The notes under the pieces were generated by a model. It saw only the letters and a program-made list of their open reading frames with translations. It was not told the origin of the DNA and searched no databases. 64,000 nt of DNA from Antedon mediterranea. Its lineage: Eukaryota > Animalia > Echinodermata. Shown one piece after another: positions 54,469-64,000 of this stretch (position 1 is its first letter; every line of letters starts with the position of its first letter). The stretch spans positions 12,276,001 to 12,340,000 of the forward strand of contig NC_092680.1 of NCBI RefSeq assembly GCF_964355755.1. Reading direction: 5' to 3'. The translations under genes and the position numbers were made by a program.

Positions 54469-55230
54469 AGGCAGCTACCATGTCGATCGAATAATACACG
54501 CTGTTATCTGCTGTATATAGCCCATCACTTTATAACTTTTTTGTTGAATCTAATATATTATTACCGAGTATAAGGTGGTTAGGAGCTAATAATACTAAGC
54601 TTTAGAGCTGAGTGGAAATGGGCCGCTACTACTAGTAATTACACCAAAGTGTTTTGTGTATGATAATCGAAGTGCAGCTAGCTCTGCCAACAAATGCATG
54701 GATTAATACATTCATTTATAAAAATAGTTTTTAACACTCAGCTAGCTTTTATCTCATTATCATAAATGAAAACAAAAAAGAATTGCCTTTTTCAACTACA
54801 AATAAAAACATATCATCCAAACTAATAAACAGAAAAAAGAAACAATTATTCAATCAATATTATAGTTTATCGTTAAAGTAAGTTGATATATTTATGTTTC
54901 ATTATACATTGTATTAAACTAGTTAATGTCGATGTATACATTTATATAAAACAAGGTTTTGTTTATTAATTTCTCAGCGTTACTAAAATCAAAATATAAA
55001 ACAAAACAAATTATACGGCAAGTTTATGCAAATAAAAATAATTATAAGAGGAAATGTTTGTTATCGCTAAATTGTAGTATTTTGATAATATTGAAATCGA
55101 TAAAAATCAAAATATGCATATTTTACGATTTTGTATACATTTTAGCTATGAATGGCCAAAATTAAAGTAAAGGTCGATTTTGTTGAATCTACACAGACGT
55201 ATAATGTTTGTACTGAAAATAAAACGTGTT

Positions 55231-55478
55231 TTGAGAGATTTCCTCTCTAATACAAATGTGTTGAGGTCTGTCCTCCAAGTATGATTGACACCATCTTAGT
55301 GCACATCCCTGAACACCAATAGAAGCTTGCAACCTCTCAGTCAGAATACTATGATATACCGTATCAAACGCAGCACTCAAATCAGGTAAAATTAAAGCAG
55401 TTACTTTTTCAACATCCATCGCACGAAGTATATCATTGCTAACGCGCAGGAGTGCAGTTTCAGTACTGTGATGTGATT
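55231..55478 (-). mobile_element. 5'-truncated upstream part of the same L2-type LINE RT
   Basis: Translates HHSTETALLRVSNDILRAMD...DLSAAFDTV.H...LRWCQSYLEDRPQHICIREEISQ. It joins in frame to PTTLNY at 28915 once 28920-55230 and one TTGA are removed. Confidence 0.93.
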
Positions 55479-58400
55479 GAGAGAGAGAGATAGATCAGCG
55501 AGAGCGAGATAAATTAGCGAGAGAGAGATAGATCAGCGAGAGAGAGGTAGATCAGCGAGAGAGAGAGATAGATCAGCGAGAAAGAGATAGATCAGCGAGA
55601 GAGATAAATAGATCAGCGAGAGAGAGAGAGAGATAGATCAGCGAGAGAGAGAGAGAGAGAGATAGATCAGCGAGAGAGAGAGAGATATAGATCAGCGAGA
55701 GAGAGATAGATCAGCGAGAGGGAGAGATAGATCAGCGAGAGAGAGATAGATCAGTGAGAGAGAGAGAGAGATCAGCGAGAGAGAGTGATAGATCAGCGAG
55801 AGAGAGATAGATCAGCAAGAGAGAGAGAGATAGATCAGCGAGAGAGAGATAGATCAGCGAGAGAGAAAAAGATCAGCGAGAAAGATATAGATCAGCGACA
55901 GAGAGATAGATCAGCGAGAGAGAGATAGATCAGCGAGAGAGATATAGATCAGCGAGAGAGATAGATCAGCGAGAGAGAAATAGATCAGCGAGAGAGAGAA
56001 AGATCAGCGAGAGAGAGATAGATCAGCTAGAGAGAGATAGATCAGCGAGAGAGATAGATCAGCGAGAGAGAGAGATAGATCAGCGAGAGAGAGAGAGAGA
56101 TAGATCAGCAAGAGAGATAGATCAGCGAGAGAGAGATAGATAAGCGAGAGAGAGATAGATTAGCGAGAGAGAGATAGATCAGCGAGAGAGAGATAGATCA
56201 GCGAGAGAGAGAGAGATCAGCGAGAGAGAGATAGATCAGCGAGAGAGAGAGATAGATCAGCGAGAGAGAGACAGATAGATCAGCGAGAGAGAGTGAGAGA
56301 GATAGATCAGCGAGAGAGAGAGAGAGATAGATCAGCGAGAGATAGAGATGGATCAGCGAGAGAGAGATAGATCAGCGAGAGAGAAAAAGATCATTGAGAG
56401 AGAGATAGATCAGCGACAGAGAGATAGATAAGCGAGAAAGAGATAGATCAGCGAGAGAGATATAGATCAGCGAGAGAGATAGATCAGCGAGAGAGAGATA
56501 GATCAGCGAGAGAGAGAGAGATAGATCAGCGAGAGGGAGAGATAGATCAGCGAGAAAGAGATAGATCAGCGAGAGAGAGATAGATCAGCGAGAGAGAGAT
56601 ATATCAGCGGGAGAGAGATAGATCAGCGAGAGAGAGAGAGAGAGATAGATCAGCGAGAGAGAGAGAGAGAGAGATAGATCAGCGAGAGAGAGAAAGATCA
56701 GCGAGAGAGAGATAGGTCAGCGACAGAGAGATAGATCAGCGAGAGAGAGATAGATCAGCGAGAGAGATATAGATCAGCGAGAGAGAGATAGATCAGCGAG
56801 AGAGAGAGATAGATCAGCGAGAGAGAGAAAGATCAGCGAGAGAAAGATAGATCAGTGAGAGAGAGATAGATCAGCGAGAGAGAGATAGATCAGCGAGAGA
56901 GAGATAGATCAGCAAGAGAGAGAGAGATAGATCAGAGAGAGAGAGATAGATCAGCGAGAGAGAGATAGATCAGCGAGAGAGAGATAGATCAGCGAGATAG
57001 AGATAGATCAGCGAGAGAGAGATAGAAAGTTCAGCGAGAGAGAGAGAGATCAGCGAAAGAGAGATAGATAGATCAGCGAGAGAGAGATAGATCAGCGAGA
57101 GAGATAGATCAGCGAGAGAGAGATAGATAGATAGATGAGCGAGAGAGAGATAGATGAGCGAGAGAGAGATAGATCACCGAGAGAGAGATAGATAAGCGAG
57201 AGAGAGATAGATCAGCGAGAGAGAGATAGATAGATAGATCAGCGAGAGAGAGATAGATAGATCAGCTAGAGAGAGATAGATCAGTAAGAGAGAGATAGAT
57301 AGATCAGCGAGAGAGAGAGATAGATCAGCGAGAGAGAGATAGATCAGCGAGAGAGATAGATAGATCAGCGAGAGAGAGAGATAGATCAGCGAGAGAGAGA
57401 TAGATGAGCGAGAGAGAGACAGATCAGCGAGAGGGAGAGATAGATCAGCGAGAGAGAGATAGATCAGCGAGAGAGATAGATCAGCGAGAGAGAGATAGAT
57501 CAGCGAGAGAGAGATAGATCAGCGGGAGAGAGATAGATCAGCTAGAGAGAGAGAGATAGATCAGCGAGATAGAGAAAGATCAGCGAGAGAGAGATAGATC
57601 AGCGACAGAGAGATAGAACAGCGAGAGAGAGATAGATCAGCGAGAGAGATATAGATCAGCGAGAGAGAGATAGATCAGCGAGAGATAGATAGATATGCGA
57701 GAGAGATAGATCAGCAAGAGAGAGATAGATCAGCAAGAGAGAGATAGATCAGCGAGAGAGAGAGATAGATCAGCGAGAGCGAGATAGATTAGCGAGAGAG
57801 AGATAGATCAGCGAGAGAGAGAGATCAGCGAGAGAGAGAGATAGATCAGCGAGAAAGAGATAGATCAGCGAGAGAGATTGATAGATCAGCGAGAGAGAGA
57901 GAGAGATAGATCAGCGAGAGAGAGAGAGAGATAGATCAGCGAGAGAGAGAGATAGATCAGCGAGAGGGAGAGATAGATCAGCGAGAGGGAGAGATAGATC
58001 AGCGAGAGAGAGATAGATCAGCGAGAGAGATAGATCAGCGAGAGAGAGATAGATCAGCGAGAGAGAGATAGATCAGCGAGAGAGAGATAGATCAGCGAGA
58101 GAGAGATAGATCAGCGAGAGAGAGAGAGATAGATCAGCGAGAGAGAGTGAGAGAGATAGATCAGCGAGAGAGAGATAGATCAGCGAGAGAGAGAGAGATC
58201 AGCGAGAGAGAGAGATAGATCAGCGAGAGAGAGATAGATAGATCAGCGAGAGAGAGATAGATAGATCAGCGAGAAAGAGATAGATAGATCAGCGAGAGAG
58301 AGATAGATCAGCGAAAGAAAGATAGATAGATCAGCGAGAGAGAGATAGATCAGCGAGAGAGATAGATTAGCGAGAGAGAGAGATAGATAGATGAGCGAGA

Positions 58401-58605
58401 GAGAGATAGATCAACGAGAGAGAGATAGATCAGCGAGAGAGAGATAGATAGATCAGCGAGAGAGAGATAGATAGATCAGCGAGAGAGAGATAGATAGATC
58501 AGCGAGAGAGAGATAGATAGATCAGCGAGAGAGAGAGATAGATAGATCAGCGAGAGAGAGATAGATGAGCGAGAGAGAGATAGATCAGCGAGAGAGATAG
58601 ATAGA

Positions 58606-58642
<37 letters not shown>

Positions 58643-59032
58643 TAAGCGGGAGAGAGAGATAGATCAGCGAGAGAGAGATAGATCAGCGAGAGGGAGAGAT
58701 AGATCAGCGAGAGAGAGATAGATCAGCGAGAGAGAGATAGATCAGCGAGAGAGAAATAGATCAGCGAGAGAGAGATAGATCAGCGAGAGGGAGAGATAGA
58801 TCAGCGAGAGAGAGATAGATCAGCGAGAGAGAGAGAGATAGATCAGCGAGATAGAGAAAGATCAGCGAGAGAGAGATAAATCAGCGAGAGAGAGATAAAT
58901 CAGCGAGAGAGAGATAGATCAGCGAGAGAGAGATAGATCAGCGAGAGAGAAATAGATGAGCGAGAGAGAGATAGATCAGCGAGAGAGAGATAGATAGATC
59001 AGCGAGAGAGAGAGAGAGATAGATCAGCGAGA

Positions 59033-59070
<38 letters not shown>

Positions 59071-62000
59071 TAGATCAGCGAGAGAGAGAGAGATAGATCA
59101 GCGAGAGAGAGATAGATCAGCGAGAGGGAGAGATAGATCAGCGAGAGAGAGATAGATCAGCAAGAAAGAGATAGATCAGCGAGAGAGAGATAGATCAGCG
59201 AGAGAGATAGATCAGCGAGAGAGAGAGATAGATCAGCGAGAGAGACAGAGAGATAGATCAGCGAGAGAGAGAAAGATCAGCGAGAGAGAGATAGGTCAGC
59301 GACAGAGAGATAGATCAGCGAGAGAAAGATAGATCAGCGAGAGAGATATAGATCAGCGAGAGAGAGATAGATCAGCGAGAGAGAGAGATAGATCAGCGAG
59401 AGAGAGAAAGATCAGCGAGAGAGAGATAGATCAGTGAGAGAGAGATAGATCAGCGAGAGAGAGATAGATTAGCGGGGGAGAGATAGATCAGCGAGAGAAA
59501 GAGAGGTAGATCAGAGAGAGAGATAGATCAGCGAGAGATAGATAGATCAGCGAGAGAGAGATAGATTAGCAAGAGAGAGATAGATCAGCGAGAGAGAGAT
59601 AGATCAGCGAGAGAGAGAGAGAGATAGATCAGCGAGAGAGATAGATCAGCGAGAGGGAGAGATAGATCAGCGAGAGAGAGATAGATCAGCGAGAGAGAGA
59701 TAGATCAGCGAGAGAGAGATAGATCAGCGCGAGAGAGATAGATCAGTGAGAGAGAGAAAAATCAGCGAGAGAGAGAGATAGATCAGCGAGAGAGAGAAAG
59801 ATAAGCGAGAGAGAGATAGATCAGCGACAGAGAGATAGATCAGCGAGAGAGAGATATAGATCAGCGAGAGAGATATAGATCAGCGAGAGAGATAGATCAG
59901 CGAGAGAGAGATAGATCAGCGAGAGAGAGAAAGATCAGCGAGAGAGAGATAGATCAGTGAGAGAGAGATAGATCAGCGAGAGAGAGATAGATCAGCGAGA
60001 GAGAGAGAGAGAGAGATAGATCAGCGAGAGAGAGATATATAAGCGAGAGAGAGATAGATTAGCGAGAGAGAGATAGATCAGCGAGAGAGAGATAGATCAG
60101 TGAGAGAGAGAGATCAGCGAGAGAGAGAGATAGATCAGCGAGAGAGAGATAGATCAGCGAGAGAGAGAAAGATAGATCAGCGAGAGAGAGATAGATAGAT
60201 CAGCGAGAGAGAGATAGATCAGCGAAAGAGAGATAGATAGATCAGCGAGAGAGAGATAGATCAGCGAGAGAGATAGATTAGCGAGAGAGAGATAGATAGA
60301 TGAGCGAGAGAGAGATAGATGAGCGAGAGAGAGATAGATCAGCGAGAGAGAGATAGATCAGCGAGAGAGAGATAGATCAGCGAGAGAGAGATAGATAGAT
60401 CAGCAAGAGAGAGATAGATAGATCAGCAAGAGAGAGATAGATAGATCAGCGAGAGAGAGATAGATGAGCGAGAGAGAGATAGATCAGCGAGAGAGATAGA
60501 TAGATCAGCGAGAGAGAGATAGATCAGCGAGAGAGAGAGAGAGAGATAGATCAGCGAGAGAGAGAGATAGATCACCGAGAGAGAGATAGATCAGCGAGAG
60601 AGATAGATCAGCGAGAGGGAGAGATAGATCAGCGAGAGAGAGATAGATCAGCGAGAGAGATAGATCAGCGAGAGATAGATAGATCAGCGAGAGAGAGATA
60701 GATCAGCGAGAGAGAGAGATAAATCAACGAGAGAGAGAGATAGATCAGCGAGATAGAGAAAGATCTGCGAGAGAGAGATAGATCAGCGAGAGAGAGATAG
60801 ATCAGCGAGAGAGAGATAGACCAGCGAGAGAGAGATAGATAAGCGAGAGAGAGATAGATCAGCGAGAGGGAGAGATAGATCAGCGAGAGAGATATAGATC
60901 AGCGAGAGAGAGATAGATCAGCGAGAGAGATATAAATCAGCGAGAGAGAGATAGATCAGCGAGAGAGAGATAGATCAGCGAGAGAGAGAAAGATCAGCGA
61001 GAGAGAGATAGATCAGCGAGAGAGAGATAGATCAGCGAGAGAGAGAGAGATAGATCAGCGAGAAAGAGATAGATCAGCGAGAGAGATAGATAGATAAGCG
61101 AGAGAGAGATAGATCAGCGAGAGAGAGAGAGAGAGAGATAGATCAGCCAGAGAGAGAGAGAGAGAGAGAGATAGATCAGCGAGAGAGAGATAGATCAGCG
61201 AGAGAGAGATAGATCAGCGAGAGGGAGAGATAGATCAGCGAGAGAGATATAGATCAGCGAGAGAGAGATAGATCAGCGAGAGAGAAATAGATCAGCGAGA
61301 GAGAGATAGATCAGCGAGAGGGAGAGATAGATCAGCGAGAGAGAGATAGATCAGCGAGAGAGAGATAGATCAGCGAGAGGGAGAGATAGATCAGCGAGAG
61401 AGAGATAGATCAGCGAGAGAGAGATAGATCAGCGAGAGGGAGAGATAGATCAGCGAGAGAGAGATAGATCAGCGAGAGAGAGATAGATCAGCGAGAGGGA
61501 GAGATAGATCAGCGAGAGAGAGATAGATCAGCGAGAGAGAGATAGATCAGCGAGAGAGATATAAATCAGCGAGAGAGAGATAGATCAGCGAGAGAGAGAT
61601 AGATCAGCGAGAGAGAGAAAGATCAGCGAGAGAGATATAGATCAGCGAGAGAGAGATAGATCAGCAAGAGAGAGATAGATTAGCGAGAGAGAGATAGATC
61701 AGCGAGAGAGAGAGAGATAGATCAGAGAGAGAGAGATAGATCAGCGAGAGAGAGAGATAGATCAGCGAGAGAGAGATATATTAGCAAGAGAGAGATAGAT
61801 CAGCGAGAGAGAGATAGATCAGCGAGAGAGAGATAGATCAGCGAGAGAGAGATAGATCAGCAAGAGAGATAGATCAGCGAGAGAGAGATAGATAGATCAG
61901 CGAGAGAGATATAGATAGATCAGCGAGAGAGAGAGAGATAGATCAGCAAGAGAGAGATAGATCAGCGAGAGAGAGAGAGAGATAGATCAGCGAGAGCGAG

Positions 62001-62518
62001 ATAGATTAGCGAAAGAGATAGATCAGCGAGAGAGAGATAGATCAGCGAAAGAGAGAGATAGATCAGCGAGAAAGAGATAGATCAGCGAGAGAGATAGATA
62101 GATCAGCGAGAGAGAGATAGATCAGCGAGAGAGAGAGAGATCAGCGAAAGAGAGAGATAGATCAGCGAGAAAGAGATAGATCAGCGAGAGAGATAGATAG
62201 ATCAGCGAGAGAGAGATAGATCAGTGAGAGAGAGAGAGATAGATCAGCGAGAGAGAGAGAGAGAGAGATAGATCAGCGAGAGAGAGAGAGATAGATCAGC
62301 GAGAGAGAGATAGATAGATCAGCAAGAGAGAGATAGATCAGCGAGAGAGAGAGAGAGATAGAACAGCGAGAGCGAGATAGATTAGCGAAAGAGATAGATC
62401 AGCGAGAGAGAGATAGATCAGCGAGAGAGAGAGATAGATCAGCGAGAAAGAGATAGATCAGCGAGAGAGATAGATAGATCAGCGAGAGAGATAGATCAGC
62501 GAGAGAGAGAGAGATAGA

Positions 62519-62559
<41 letters not shown>

Positions 62560-63653
62560 TCAGCGAGAGAGAGAGAGATAGATCAGCGAGAGAGAGATAG
62601 ATCAGCGAGAGAGAGATAGATCAGCGTGAGGGAGAGATAGATCAGCGAGAGAGAGATAGATCAGCGAGAGAGAGATAGATCAGCGAGAGAGAGATAGATC
62701 AGCGAGAGAGATAGATCAGCGAGAGAGAGATAGATCAGCGAGAGAGAGAAAGATCAGCGAGAGAGAGATAGATCAGTGAGAGAGAGATAGATCAGCGAGA
62801 GAGAGATAGATTAGCGAGAGAGAGATAGATCAGCGAGAGAGAGAGAGATAGATCAGAGAGAGAGAGATAGATCAGCGAGAGAGAGAGATAGATCAGCGAG
62901 AGAGAGATATATTAGCAAGAGAGAGATAGATCAGCGAGAGAGAGATAGATCAGCGAGAGAGAGATAGATCAGCGAGAGAGAGATAGATCAGCAAGAGAGA
63001 TAGATCAGCGAGAGAGAGATAGATAGATCAGCGAGAGAGATATAGATAGATCAGCGAGAGAGAGAGAGATAGATCAGCAAGAGAGAGATAGATCAGCGAG
63101 AGAGAGAGAGAGATAGATCAGCGAGAGCGAGATAGATTAGCGAAAGAGATAGATCAGCGAGAGAGAGATAGATCAGCGAAAGAGAGAGATAGATCAGCGA
63201 GAAAGAGATAGATCAGCGAGAGAGATAGATAGATCAGCGAGAGAGAGAGATAGATCAGCGAGAGAGAGAGAGATCAGCGAAAGAGAGAGATAGATCAGCG
63301 AGAAAGAGATAGATCAGCGAGAGAGATAGATAGATCAGCGAGAGAGAGATAGATCAGCGAGAGAGAGAGAGATAGATCAGCGAGAGAGAGAGAGAGAGAG
63401 AGAGATAGATCAGCGAGAGAGAGAGAGATAGATCAACGAGAGAGAGATAGATAGATCAGCAAGAGAGAGATAGAGCAGCGAGAGAGAGAGAGATAGAACA
63501 GCGAGAGCGAGATAGATTAGCGAAAGAGATAGATCAGCGAGAGAGAGATAGATCAGCGAGAGAGAGAGATAGATCAGCGAGAAAGAGATAGATCAGCGAG
63601 AGAGATAGATAGATCAGCGAGAGAGATAGATCAGCGAGAGAGAGAGAGATAGA

Positions 63654-63696
<43 letters not shown>

Positions 63697-64000
63697 TCAG
63701 CGAGAGAGAGAGAGATAGATCAGCGAGAGAGAGATAGATCAGCGAGAGAGAGATAGATCAGCGAGAGGGAGAGATAGATCAGCGAGAGAGAGATAGATCA
63801 GCGAGAGAGAGATAGATCAGCGAGAGAGAGATAGATCAGCGAGAGAGATAGATCAGCGAGGAAGAGATAGATCAGCGAGAGAGAGAAAGATCAGCGAGAG
63901 AGAGATAGGTCAGCGACAGAGAGATAGATCAGCGAGAGAGATAGATCAGCGAGAGAGATATAGATCAGCGAGAGAGAGAGATCGATCAGCGAGAGAGAGA
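55479..64000 (+). repeat. Continuation of the 19-bp satellite array to the window end
   Basis: Same unit, orientation and variant set as 1409-27498. Confidence 0.99.

Larger units (their letters stand above)
28920..55230. mobile_element. 26.3-kb DNA transposon (Sola-like) inserted in the LINE; 4-bp TSD TTGA and short imperfect TIRs
   Basis: TTGA at 28916-28919 and 55231-55234. Left end AACACGATTT versus right-end reverse complement AACACGTTTT (9/10). Removal restores the LINE frame E-I-S-Q-P-T. Contains a DDD transposase gene and matching subterminal palindromes. Confidence 0.88.

Noticed and set aside
28916-55234. piggyBac, Kolobok or Polinton assignment
   Set aside because: The TSD is TTGA rather than TTAA or 6 bp. 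No PolB, integrase or capsid motifs were seen, and the transposase motifs are Sola-like.

Overview
AT-rich eukaryotic DNA, probably from an invertebrate animal, with no prokaryotic signals. About 35 kb is one strand-asymmetric 19-bp satellite, GATCAGC(GA)5TA (1409-27498 and 55479-64000), with kb-scale higher-order repeats. The satellite is interrupted by nested insertions. First, a 5'-truncated L2-type LINE on the minus strand, whose (TTA)n tail runs into ~150 bp of inverted satellite. Second, a 26.3-kb DNA transposon (28920-55230) that splits the LINE RT frame exactly, with a 4-bp TTGA target-site duplication and short AACACG...CGTGTT termini. This element carries an 11-exon Sola1/DUF7869-like DDD transposase (minus strand, ~933 aa, one frameshift) and a divergently oriented, intact 5-exon gene of unknown function (plus strand, 254 aa). 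Two unrelated subterminal tandem arrays share the palindrome GTCATAAnnnTTATGAC. Between the two genes lie a long diverged inverted repeat, a Penelope-type hammerhead motif, an RTE-X-like LINE fragment carrying a Helentron-like insertion, and a 1756-bp tandem duplication. Gene models and family names come from manual reading and motif recognition, not from database searches.
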